This document shows, in pieces, positions 9,838-17,643 of a stretch of 42,771 nucleotides of DNA. The notes under the pieces are model-generated. The model had not been told where the DNA came from. It made no database searches and saw nothing but the letters and a program-made list of their open reading frames with translations. The stretch is from Minisyncoccota bacterium (lineage in GTDB: Bacteria; Patescibacteriota; Minisyncoccia; UBA6257; GWB1-50-10), in the NCBI GenBank assembly GCA_040880505.1, contig JBBDIH010000034.1, positions 6,442-49,212 on the forward strand, read 5' to 3'. How positions within the stretch are numbered: the stretch's first letter is position 1; every line of letters begins with the position of its first letter. A program made the translations under genes and the position numbers.

Positions 9838-9853
9838 ATAATAGTTTTTATTT

Positions 9854-10363
9854 TTACTCTTTCTCTTCCTTTGACTCGCCAGAGTCTTCAGCGTCTGCCT
9901 TGTCGGCAGACAGATCAGCGGTTTCTTCGTTGTCTTCTTTCTCTTCGTTAACTACTTCTTCAGTAGAGTCTTCTGCAGGAGATTCTACTGGTTTACTTTC
10001 TTCTGTTTCCTTAGATTTTTCTATTTCTGACTCTTTAGAACTCTCAGCTTTAGCAGATTCAGCCTTCTTCTCTGCTTCTATTTCTTCTTCTGACTTCTTT
10101 TTCTTTGAGTGTACCGCCCTCTTCTTCCCTTCAATAACTCCAGCAGAAACTAATAAATTATGAACAGTGTCAGTTGGTTGAGCACCAACGCCTAACCAAT
10201 AATTAGCTCTTTCTTTATTTACCTCAAATTGATCATTGTGTCTGTTTACCCACCCTAAATCCTCAATAAAGCGTCCTTTTAGCTTAGATCGCTTTTTTGT
10301 TACTACAACTCTATATGATATTTGTCCTTTTTTTCCTACTGGTCTTAATTTTATAGCTACCAT
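9854..10363 (-). CDS. rpsP: 30S ribosomal protein S16 with long acidic C-terminal extension
   Basis: MVAIKLRPVGKK.Q.SYRVVV....S...GRFIEDLG, WL.VGAQPTDTV..LL; about 85-aa Lys/Glu-rich tail. Confidence 0.96.
   Translation of the reverse strand: MVAIKLRPVGKKGQISYRVVVTKKRSKLKGRFIEDLGWVNRHNDQFEVNKERANYWLGVGAQPTDTVHNLLVSAGVIEGKKRAVHSKKKKSEEEIEAEKKAESAKAESSKESEIEKSKETEESKPVESPAEDSTEEVVNEEKEDNEETADLSADKADAEDSGESKEEKE
9866..9928 (-). repeat. Intragenic palindromic element, copy 1 (in rpsP tail, encodes EETADLSADKADAEDSGESKE)
   Basis: 53/63 nt identical to 10777-10839 by manual alignment; 21-nt GC-rich hairpin core at 9894-9914. Confidence 0.85.
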
Positions 10364-10404
10364 AGTTAAAGTATTATGTATTAACTTAATTTTAAAATCA
10401 ACCC

Positions 10405-12612
10405 TTATTCATTGATAATCTCTTCAGCTTCTTCAAACTTTAAAGATATTACTTTTGAAACTCCATCATCACCCATTGTTACACCATAAAGCGCTGATAC
10501 AGCCTCCATTGTAACTCTGTTATGAGTAACAATAATAAACTGTGTTTTATGTGAAAACTCTTTTATTAATTCCGAAAATCTCGCTGCATTAGAATCATCC
10601 AACGCTGCATCAATCTCATCTAAAACTAAAAAGGGTGGAGGTGAAACAGATATAAGAGCAAAAAGAGAAGCTAATGAAACTAAAGTTTTTTCACCACCAG
10701 AGAGCATCTCTAAGCTGTTTATTTTCTTCCCAGGTAATTTTATTTCTATGTCAACACCAGCTTTTAATTCTTCATCTTCTTTTGAATCGCCAAAACCTTC
10801 GGCGCCTGCCTTGTCGGCAGACAGGTCAGCGATTTCGTCTTTATCCTTGTTTTTCTTATTTTTAATAGAAAGTTTCATTCTGGCCTTACCCCCACCAAAC
10901 ATTAATCTAAAATAATTATTAAATTCTTTATTTACTAAACTAAAATCTTTTTTAAAGTCATTATGAATTCTCTTTTCTAAATCATTAATTAATTTTTCAA
11001 GATCTTTTGATGCCTTTTGAAGATCTTCTAATTCTCTACTTAAAAATTCATGTCTCTCCTCTATTTCATTCGCTTCAGCTATTAAAGATTTGTCTATATC
11101 TCCAATAGCATTTAATTCTAAGCGAAGCTTATCTATTGTGTTTTCATGTTTTTCCCAATTCTCATTCTTTAAATTTTCTTTATTGTCTACTTTTATATGG
11201 AGTAAATCATCTAATTCAAAACCTAATGAAGTCCATTTATTCTCTAATTCTTTTTTCTTAAAGTCCGTTTTTTCTTTTTCTAAAATCTGATGATCAATAG
11301 ATCTTTCTAACTCCCTAACTTCATTTTTTATTTTTTCCAAATTTTCTACTTGAGTTCTAAATTCTTTGTTTTTTTCTGCCTCTCCGGTTAAAAAATTATT
11401 TTCCTCCTCTCTTAGCTTCTTTAATTCATTGTTTAATTTTTCTATTTTCTCGTTTATTTCTCTAATTCTATTTTTTTCATTAGAAAAAACTTTGTCTTTA
11501 CTCTCTTCTTTTTCTTCTTTAAACAAAGAATCAAACTTATTAATCCAATCTGTTAAAGGTTGTTTTAAGTTGCCTTCACCTGATAAAACATTTCTTATCT
11601 CTTCTACAAAAGATTTTATTAAATTCAAAAGATAAGTAGATGAATGTCCACTTTTCTTTTCTTCCGGCTGAAATTCTATCTTTGCCTCTAGTCTGGCTAA
11701 TTCACGTTCTAAATTAGTCTTGTTCTCATTTATTTTTTCTATTTCTTTTCTTATCTTGTCTAATACTTCGATAGTGTTTTCTTTTTTGTTAATTTTAGAA
11801 ATTATTAAAGAAAGTTCATTGGCTCTTTTCTCTTTCTCTGATTTTTTAGAATTTAAGTTGTTTATTTTTTCTTTGAATAAATCTATTTTTTCTGAAAATA
11901 GATTGTAATGATAAGTAAAATAAGTTTCAGAAAGTTCTTTTAATTTTTCTTCAACAACACTTCTTTTTTCCCATTTATTTTTTTGTTTTCTTAAAAATTT
12001 AAGATGAGGTCTTATTTCTTCTATTTTTGCCTCTACCTTTTCTGCATTTATAGTGCTCCTTCTTAATCTTCTTTCTGCTGTTTTCTTCTTTAAGCGAAAT
12101 TCTTTGAGTCCAAGTATTTCTTCTATCATTAATCTCCTCTCTTCTGGAGACCTAGTAACAAAAACATCGCTTTGACCTTGTCCTATTATAGTTAAACCTC
12201 TAGCTCCTAATCTTGCTTTAGCAAGCATAGGAATTAAGTCTTTTAATCTAACCTCTTCATCATTAACAAAGAATTGACTTGTCCCTGATTTATCTATTCT
12301 TCTAGTCAAATTTATTTCATTCGAATCCACAGGAAAAAGCCCTTTTGAATTATCAAAATTTAAAGTTACTCTAGCTAAACTAGAAGCTCCTCTTTTAGGT
12401 GTTCCTGCAAAAATTAAATTACCAAGAACTTCCCCTCTAAGATTTTTTGCTTCTCTTTCACCCATAGCCCATCTTAGGGCATCTATTATGTTTGATTTTC
12501 CAGAACCATTAGGTCCAACAACTGCAACTACTTTATCGTTTATTTTAAAATCAATCTTTCCAGCAAAAGACTTAAAACCTTGTAATTCTATTCCTTTTAA
12601 AAAGTTACTCAT
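10405..12612 (-). CDS. smc: SMC-family ATPase, short (735 aa), no recognisable hinge domain
   Basis: LQGFKSF, Walker A GPNGSGKSN, Q-loop IIGQG, signature LSGGE, Walker B/D-loop FLVLDEIDAALD, THN; long coiled coils; lies beside rnc as canonical smc does. Confidence 0.88.
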   Translation of the reverse strand: MSNFLKGIELQGFKSFAGKIDFKINDKVVAVVGPNGSGKSNIIDALRWAMGEREAKNLRGEVLGNLIFAGTPKRGASSLARVTLNFDNSKGLFPVDSNEINLTRRIDKSGTSQFFVNDEEVRLKDLIPMLAKARLGARGLTIIGQGQSDVFVTRSPEERRLMIEEILGLKEFRLKKKTAERRLRRSTINAEKVEAKIEEIRPHLKFLRKQKNKWEKRSVVEEKLKELSETYFTYHYNLFSEKIDLFKEKINNLNSKKSEKEKRANELSLIISKINKKENTIEVLDKIRKEIEKINENKTNLERELARLEAKIEFQPEEKKSGHSSTYLLNLIKSFVEEIRNVLSGEGNLKQPLTDWINKFDSLFKEEKEESKDKVFSNEKNRIREINEKIEKLNNELKKLREEENNFLTGEAEKNKEFRTQVENLEKIKNEVRELERSIDHQILEKEKTDFKKKELENKWTSLGFELDDLLHIKVDNKENLKNENWEKHENTIDKLRLELNAIGDIDKSLIAEANEIEERHEFLSRELEDLQKASKDLEKLINDLEKRIHNDFKKDFSLVNKEFNNYFRLMFGGGKARMKLSIKNKKNKDKDEIADLSADKAGAEGFGDSKEDEELKAGVDIEIKLPGKKINSLEMLSGGEKTLVSLASLFALISVSPPPFLVLDEIDAALDDSNAARFSELIKEFSHKTQFIIVTHNRVTMEAVSALYGVTMGDDGVSKVISLKFEEAEEIINE
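10777..10839 (-). repeat. Intragenic palindromic element, copy 2 (in smc head loop, encodes DEIADLSADKAGAEGFGDSKE)
   Basis: Homologous to 9866-9928; core cctgccttgtcggcagacagg at 10805-10825. Confidence 0.85.
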
Positions 12613-13294
12613 TATTAATCTTCTTTAAAGCTTCTTCTGCTGCAACTCTTTCTGCTTCTTGTTTTGATGTTCCAACTCCTTTTGCAGAAAGCTTATCACC
12701 AAAAAATACTCCAACGACAAATTTCTTTTCATGATCAGGTCCATCTTCCTCTAAAATTTTATAGTTAGGAGTTATTTTTTTATTTCCCTGAATAATCTCT
12801 TGAAGAAAACTTTTTGGATCCCTATAAGATTCTTCCTTCATTATTGTTTCTAGGTTAATTAATATAAATTTTTCTATAAATTCTTTTACTTTTTCATAAC
12901 CTTGATCAATATAAATAGCACCGATTATTGCTTCAACCGCATTACCAATAATAACTTCTTTAGCTTTTTCTACTCCATTAGCCTCTCCCTTTGATAATTT
13001 AATGTAATTATCTAAATTAATAGTATTAGCAGTAATAGTAAGCATATTATGGTTTACTAAAGCAGCTCTTATGCTAGTTAACTTACCTTCATCTTTGTCT
13101 TTAAATTTATTAAAAAGAAATTCTGTAACCACTAACTCTAAAACAGCATCACCTAAAAATTCTAGACGCTCATTATTATCTACTGGCCAATTTGGATTTT
13201 CATTTAAATAAGACCTATGAGTTAAGGCCTCTTTTATTAAAAATTTACTATTAAACTCAACTCCTATATTTTTTTCAAATTCATTTATACTCAT
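12605..13294 (-). CDS. rnc: Ribonuclease III
   Basis: ALTHRSY, NERLEFLGDAVL, EAIIGAIY.D, dsRBD DPKS.LQE...G.G.SK..AE..AA. Confidence 0.98.
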   Translation of the reverse strand: MSINEFEKNIGVEFNSKFLIKEALTHRSYLNENPNWPVDNNERLEFLGDAVLELVVTEFLFNKFKDKDEGKLTSIRAALVNHNMLTITANTINLDNYIKLSKGEANGVEKAKEVIIGNAVEAIIGAIYIDQGYEKVKEFIEKFILINLETIMKEESYRDPKSFLQEIIQGNKKITPNYKILEEDGPDHEKKFVVGVFFGDKLSAKGVGTSKQEAERVAAEEALKKINNE

Positions 13295-13307
13295 AAAATT
13301 ATTTTAA

Positions 13308-13379
13308 AGTTATCCCCAGAAATTTATGCCCTCGGGAGACATAAATAAAGATAAACTTAAGTTAATCCTTATTTATACC
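13308..13379. repeat. REP-like element (composite copy)
   Basis: 13308-13330 equals the 23-bp left arm of the 25454 palindrome; 13322-13379 matches 9706-9763 at 53/58 nt. Confidence 0.85.
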
Positions 13380-13388
13380 TTGAAGTAA

Positions 13389-13823
13389 TTATACTTCATT
13401 AGATTTCTCCTGCATCTCTTTATAAATTGTCCCCATAACACCATTTATAAACTTAGGTGAATTTATGCCACCATAGTTTTTAGCTATTTCAACAGATTCA
13501 TTTATAGCTACCTTATGTGGAACTTCTTCTTTGTTTGCGTATAAAAGCTCGTATAAACCCAGTCTTAGAACATTTCTATCTACTATAGCTATTTGGTTTA
13601 TTGGCCAATCAGGAGCTGCCTTTTCGATAATTTTATCTATATCTTCTAGGTGCTCCACTATTCCTTTGGCCATATTCCAAGCAAACTCAGGTTCATCAAC
13701 TCCCTTAGCAAATTCATTCATGTTTCTTTCAAGAATATCGGTAAAATTATGTTCTTTACCATAAAAATCCCATTCAAAAAAAGTTTGAAATACAACTGTT
13801 CTTAAAAGATGCCTAGTAGCCAT
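13389..13823 (-). CDS. nusB: Transcription antitermination factor NusB
   Basis: R...[40 protein letters not shown]....KFINGVMG. Confidence 0.96.
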   Translation of the reverse strand: MATRHLLRTVVFQTFFEWDFYGKEHNFTDILERNMNEFAKGVDEPEFAWNMAKGIVEHLEDIDKIIEKAAPDWPINQIAIVDRNVLRLGLYELLYANKEEVPHKVAINESVEIAKNYGGINSPKFINGVMGTIYKEMQEKSNEV

Positions 13824-13831
13824 AATGAAAC

Positions 13832-14002
13832 TTAATCTTTTTTCTTAGATGCCTTGTGATTACCACAGTAAGAGCATGCTCTATGAAAAAGTTTTGGAGC
13901 TCCACACTCTGAACAAACTGAAATGTTTTGTTTCTTTAGATTTTTTTGAGATCTTCTTTTTCCAACTTTGGATTTCGAGTCTCTTTGTTTTGGTACTGCC
14001 AT
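13832..14002 (-). CDS. rpmF: 50S ribosomal protein L32 (not in ORF track)
   Basis: Manual translation, 56 aa: [56 protein letters not shown]; AVPK start and CxxC...H..CxxCG zinc motif; AGGAG upstream. Confidence 0.95.
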   Translation of the reverse strand: MAVPKQRDSKSKVGKRRSQKNLKKQNISVCSECGAPKLFHRACSYCGNHKASKKKD

Positions 14003-14023
14003 ATCTCCTAAAGTAATAATTTT

Positions 14024-14626
14024 TTATATAAAAGTCAATCTATGTATCCTACAAGGACCATGAAATTTCAATAAATTCATATGTTCTTTTGTTCCATACC
14101 CTTTATGCTTTGAAAAATTATATTCTGGAAATTCTTTATCGTATCTATTCATTGCTCTATCTCTACTTACTTTAGCTATAATAGACGCCATTTTTATAGA
14201 GGATATTTTAGTATCTCCCTTAATAATAGATTCATACTCTATAAAAGATTTTTTATTACCAATCCTTATTCCTCCGTCAGTTAAAACATCAACTTCATCT
14301 TTATTTAATGAATGGCTTAAAAATATTTTTTTGATACATCTTTCTGCTGCTAAATTAACAGCTTTAGATATATTAATTTTATCTATAGTTTTTGGGTAAA
14401 CAGATGAAACAATAAAAGAAATGTCTTTTTGTTTTGCATACTCAAACCAATCTTCTCTTTGTTTTTCTGTGTGTTTTTTAGAGTCTCTTAAAGATATTTT
14501 TTTATTTTTATAAATTAACTCTCCAAAATTAAAATTTTTTGGTATAAGAACAGCCGCTACGGTAACGGGTCCAGCCAGTGGTCCCCTACCAACCTCATCA
14601 ACTCCTATCTCAAAATTACTCAACAT
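14024..14626 (-). CDS. rnhB: Ribonuclease HII
   Basis: GVDEVGRGPLAGPV, DSKK, DG, KGD, ASIIAKVSRD, KHKGYGT, HRLTF. Confidence 0.96.
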   Translation of the reverse strand: MLSNFEIGVDEVGRGPLAGPVTVAAVLIPKNFNFGELIYKNKKISLRDSKKHTEKQREDWFEYAKQKDISFIVSSVYPKTIDKINISKAVNLAAERCIKKIFLSHSLNKDEVDVLTDGGIRIGNKKSFIEYESIIKGDTKISSIKMASIIAKVSRDRAMNRYDKEFPEYNFSKHKGYGTKEHMNLLKFHGPCRIHRLTFI

Positions 14627-15227
14627 TTATATTATTTTCTATTATGCCTAAAGTCTCTGACTTAACAAGAAAAGATTGGTTTAAAGAATTTATAAAGCTT
14701 CTTTTTTCATTTAAAAGGTTAATTTGGTTTTCTATTATATTACTATTATTAGAAGATGGGTTAACTAATTCATTTCTTAATGTTTCTAAAAATGCCTCAA
14801 CATTATTTGTGTATTCTATAAACTCTTGAACCATTCTAGATTGAATCATAACTACCTCTAACAAACTTATCTGAAGAGTAGAAGATTCTACGTTTTGAAT
14901 TTCTCTTGTCATTTCCTCTAAAAGATATGAGAGGTTTATTGCTGACCGCTTGGCTTGAATGTTTATATCTCTAGCTTCTTCTATTTCTATTAAAGCGCTT
15001 TCTATATCTCCTAAACTTTCTACTTCGTTAACTTCTCTTATTTTTTCATTTGTTTTATTGGTTAAAGAAACAAGACTTTGACTACTTGTCAGTATATTAA
15101 AATAAGAATCGTTAATATTTTCTGGGACAATTTCAGTCTCATTAACAAAATAAAAAACTAGCATGGCCAGAAACAACAAGGCTATCATTCCATATATTAA
15201 ATACTTTTGATCTTTTGTAAGTTTCAT
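14616..15227 (-). CDS. Hypothetical membrane-anchored helical protein
   Basis: N-terminal TM followed by predicted coiled-coil/helical bundle; overlaps the rnhB start by 11 nt. Confidence 0.65.
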   Translation of the reverse strand: MKLTKDQKYLIYGMIALLFLAMLVFYFVNETEIVPENINDSYFNILTSSQSLVSLTNKTNEKIREVNEVESLGDIESALIEIEEARDINIQAKRSAINLSYLLEEMTREIQNVESSTLQISLLEVVMIQSRMVQEFIEYTNNVEAFLETLRNELVNPSSNNSNIIENQINLLNEKRSFINSLNQSFLVKSETLGIIENNINVE

Positions 15228-15239
15228 ATTGTTTAATTT

Positions 15240-15313
15240 TGGTGCGGGATAGGAGAATCGAACTCCTGTCTACTGCTTGGAAGGCAGTCATTCTACCACT
15301 AAACTAATCCCGC
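15240..15313 (-). tRNA. tRNA-Gly (anticodon TCC), CCA encoded
   Basis: GCGGGATTAGTTTAGTGGTAGAATGACTGCCTTCCAAGCAGTAGACAGGAGTTCGATTCTCCTATCCCGCACCA: 74 nt, acceptor stem GCGGGAT/ATCCCGC, anticodon arm ACTGC-CTTCCAA-GCAGT, T-loop GTTCGATT. Confidence 0.97.
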
Positions 15314-15404
15314 GAAATCTAACAAAGTATAACTCCCACAATCTTATTCTTACATAACATTAGACCAAAAAAACAATCATTATTCAAACTTTTAATTATT
15401 AAAA

Positions 15405-15432
15405 AGGAGCTAAGAAATTAATCCTAGCTCCT
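15405..15432 (-). terminator. Intrinsic terminator after the ATP-grasp gene
   Basis: 8-bp stem aggagcta/tagctcct followed by a T run on the minus strand, 10 nt past the stop codon. Confidence 0.65.
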
Positions 15433-15441
15433 GTAACCATG

Positions 15442-16473
15442 TTAATTAGGGTTAATAAGAAGGTCAGCAATAGACTCGGAAATTCTAGATTTCAAATTAG
15501 GTAACCAACGACCAATCCAAAACCAATCACCGCTTGAATTTATTTCAAGAAAAATGAAATTTCCTTTCTTGTCTTTGATGATGTCTATACATCCAAAGCT
15601 TAATCCAAAAGAATGCGTAAGTTTTATACATTTATCTTTTAATTCTTCTGGAAGTTTAAACTCTGAACAAATAATCTCATCATCGTTTTTGATTGCTCTC
15701 CAATCATCATTTACTAGCTTGTTAGATGTTTTTTGACCATCAATCGCACAACAAAAAGCATTATTACCTACTACAGTAACTCGAAGCTCTACTTCTTTTT
15801 CTACGTATTCCTGATAGGTAGCCGGCGATAAGCTAATACTTTCCTGTTCTTTTTCAAGTTCTTTTAGAGTAAAGGACTTTGTAAAAGTTCGATATATGAA
15901 ATCTTTACCTTTTTCTTCCTGAAAAAACCCACCAATCATAATAGGCTTAACAGCAATCTTGGTGATTTCATTGTCTCTTGCCCATTCCATTAGCTCATTA
16001 AAACTACTGGTAAAAATAGTAGTTGGTATAGAAAATCCTATTTTTTTTGCTAAAGAAAGTTGCCAAGGCTTACGAGAAGCACCAACAACGCTATCAATAG
16101 GATTTAAGATAAATATTTCCTTAGAAAATAAGTTCTGGCTTCCATAAACAAATTCTACGTAATCTTTTATTATGTACATAGCTTCGTTATCAGATAAACC
16201 ATATTCACTAATAAGTGTTTTTTTATTACAGTTTATACTTCTAAGCCATACTGACTTTATTTCCTTTAGTAAATATTTAATTTTATTTTCCTCAGAAAAA
16301 TTATAGCTAATTCTTGATTCATGATTAGAATGCATAATTCCAATTTCAGGAAAATTAAAAGGCAAAGTGGTGTCAACTAAAAGAACTTCAGAGCCTTTAC
16401 TTTCTATAAAACTAATTACTTCATGAGCACCTTTGTCGTCATCACTAGTAAAAATAAGAATTTGATCTTTCAT
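15442..16473 (-). CDS. MvdC/MvdD-type ATP-grasp ligase (graspetide/omega-ester peptide maturase)
   Basis: N-terminal ILIFTSDDD..A.EV, VWLR, KPWQLSLAKKIGFSIPTTIFTS, AVKPI, YQEYVEKEVELRVTVVG, DWR, FGLSFGCIDII, FLEINSSGDWFWI: hallmark motifs of RiPP ATP-grasp maturases rather than generic RimK. GGAG RBS upstream. Confidence 0.88.
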   Translation of the reverse strand: MKDQILIFTSDDDKGAHEVISFIESKGSEVLLVDTTLPFNFPEIGIMHSNHESRISYNFSEENKIKYLLKEIKSVWLRSINCNKKTLISEYGLSDNEAMYIIKDYVEFVYGSQNLFSKEIFILNPIDSVVGASRKPWQLSLAKKIGFSIPTTIFTSSFNELMEWARDNEITKIAVKPIMIGGFFQEEKGKDFIYRTFTKSFTLKELEKEQESISLSPATYQEYVEKEVELRVTVVGNNAFCCAIDGQKTSNKLVNDDWRAIKNDDEIICSEFKLPEELKDKCIKLTHSFGLSFGCIDIIKDKKGNFIFLEINSSGDWFWIGRWLPNLKSRISESIADLLINPN

Positions 16474-16560
16474 ATTATTATCTCCATATATTAAAATTTG
16501 TTAAAGATCTTTTTAAATGATACTATAAATTATAATCAAACAATTTAGTAAAAAAGTCAA

Positions 16561-17214
16561 ATGAACACAGGCAAAAAGAGAAAGGTAAGAGAATTAATAG
16601 AAAATAAAAATTTTAACAAAGCCATAGAACTTTTAGAGGAAATATTAGAGAAAAATCCGAATGACACGGATGCTTTATATAATCTAGGATTTGCTTATGA
16701 TCATAAAGCAAAAAATGATGAAGATAGGGAGAAATTTTATCCTAAAGCTGAAGAAGCATATAAAAAAGCCTTGAAGGTAAATCCGAAACTTGAAAAATGT
16801 CTTGGTGGATTAGGAATGTTGATGTGGTATAAAGCTAGACATGCGTCTAAAAATAATAAAAAAGATGAATATCTTAAAGAATCATCAAATTACCTAGAAA
16901 AAGCATACAAAATAAATGAAAATCATAATCTACTTCCGATAATTGCTAATATAAAATTTGAAAAAGGTGAAACTGAAGAAGGTGAAAAGTATCTACTAAG
17001 AGCCGAGAAAATACTTGAGGATCCATTTTCTGTTTATGTTAATGGAGCTTTTAGGTTAGTAGAAGTAGGTCAAAATGAAAAAGCTAAAAAATACGCTAAA
17101 AAAGCCTTGAAAAATGCTAATAACCATTGGGATATGGAATCGAAAATAGTAAAGGAATATATTACAAAACTAGAAGAAATATCTAAAAATGGGAAATTAA
17201 AAAGGAGAAGTTAA
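16561..17214 (+). CDS. Tetratricopeptide-repeat protein
   Basis: NFNKAIELLEEILEKNPNDTDALYNLG, AEEAYKKALKVNPK...CLGGLG, YLEKAYKIN: repeated TPR consensus. Confidence 0.85.
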   Translation: MNTGKKRKVRELIENKNFNKAIELLEEILEKNPNDTDALYNLGFAYDHKAKNDEDREKFYPKAEEAYKKALKVNPKLEKCLGGLGMLMWYKARHASKNNKKDEYLKESSNYLEKAYKINENHNLLPIIANIKFEKGETEEGEKYLLRAEKILEDPFSVYVNGAFRLVEVGQNEKAKKYAKKALKNANNHWDMESKIVKEYITKLEEISKNGKLKRRS

Positions 17215-17229
17215 AATAACTTCTCCTTT
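17201..17229. terminator. Bidirectional terminator between the convergent TPR and precursor genes
   Basis: Perfect 13-bp stem aaaggagaagtta-aaa-taacttctccttt. Confidence 0.75.
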
Positions 17230-17248
17230 AGTTTAAATTTTCTTTGAA

Positions 17249-17410
17249 TCAACGAGTATTGGTAGGATACTCTTCGTTCTCAGCTGTTAAGCGAGACATC
17301 TTAGACGCTTCTGAAGCATCTCTTTTTTCCAAAAGTTTAAGAAGAATAGGTCTCTTCTTTGTATTGTTAACAACTTTGGCCTGGTCTTCCTTCTTTGCTA
17401 AAGTTTCCAT
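17249..17410 (-). CDS. Putative graspetide precursor peptide (53 aa; not in ORF track)
   Basis: METLAKKEDQAKVVNNTKKRPILLKLLEKRDASEASKMSRLTAENEEYPTNTR. Leader-like KKRPILLKLLEK resembles the PFFxxFLE recognition motif; C-terminal S/K/S/T donors precede E44/E46/E47 acceptors; AAGGT RBS upstream. Confidence 0.72.
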   Translation of the reverse strand: METLAKKEDQAKVVNNTKKRPILLKLLEKRDASEASKMSRLTAENEEYPTNTR

Positions 17411-17468
17411 GATTATTACCTTATGATTTTTGATTTAAGATTATGGTTATGTAAAAGAGCTTATTTAA

Positions 17469-17497
17469 AAAATAAACCTATAGATAAAGTTTGTCAA
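17469..17497 (-). promoter_or_regulatory. Putative sigma70 promoter of the precursor gene
   Basis: Minus strand TTGACA (17497-17492), 17-nt spacer, TATTTT (17474-17469); about 58 nt upstream of ATG 17410. Confidence 0.6.
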
Positions 17498-17563
17498 AGT
17501 AAGATGCAAAAGTATTTTCCTTACATAGATAAATTTTGAATAAAAATTCTTGTTTAACCAAAA

Positions 17564-17589
17564 TTTATACTGTAACGTTACAGTATAAA
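17564..17589. promoter_or_regulatory. Perfect 26-bp palindrome (candidate operator)
   Basis: tttatactgtaac|gttacagtataaa with no spacer, in the divergent intergenic region. Confidence 0.5.
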
Positions 17590-17610
17590 GTCTGATAAAA
17601 TAAGACTTGA

Positions 17611-17636
17611 CGAAACAATTTAGCTTTTAAAACGTT
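17611..17636 (+). promoter_or_regulatory. Putative autoregulatory ECF promoter
   Basis: CGAAAC (17611-17616), 16 nt, CGTT (17633-17636), resembling the TGAAAC-N16-CGTA/T promoters of B. subtilis SigW/SigM-type ECFs; ends 7 nt before the sigma ATG. Confidence 0.5.
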
Positions 17637-17643
17637 TTATATT

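Noticed and set aside
15442-16473. Housekeeping RimK or glutathione synthetase
   Set aside because: DWR, KPxQL and G.W.W motifs plus a nearby precursor-like peptide fit RiPP maturases better.
16529-16560. Sigma70 promoter for the ATP-grasp gene (TTGACT...TATAAT)
   Set aside because: Spacer is 20 nt, outside the normal range, so it was not called as a feature.
17228-17251. TGA read-through (code 25, Gracilibacteria-like) extending the precursor by GFKENLN
   Set aside because: Long conserved genes are unbroken under code 11 and TGA serves as a coupled stop at 32481-32483 and 33242-33244.
17244-17426. Plus-strand 60-aa ORF in the track
   Set aside because: Antisense to the precursor-like ORF; the promoter, RBS and terminator geometry all favour the minus strand.
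15240-17589. RiPP locus as a tRNA-Gly-integrated genomic island
   Set aside because: The cluster lies 5' of the minus-strand tRNA, whereas integration normally occurs at the 3' end; I saw no integrase and no duplicated tRNA 3' fragment.
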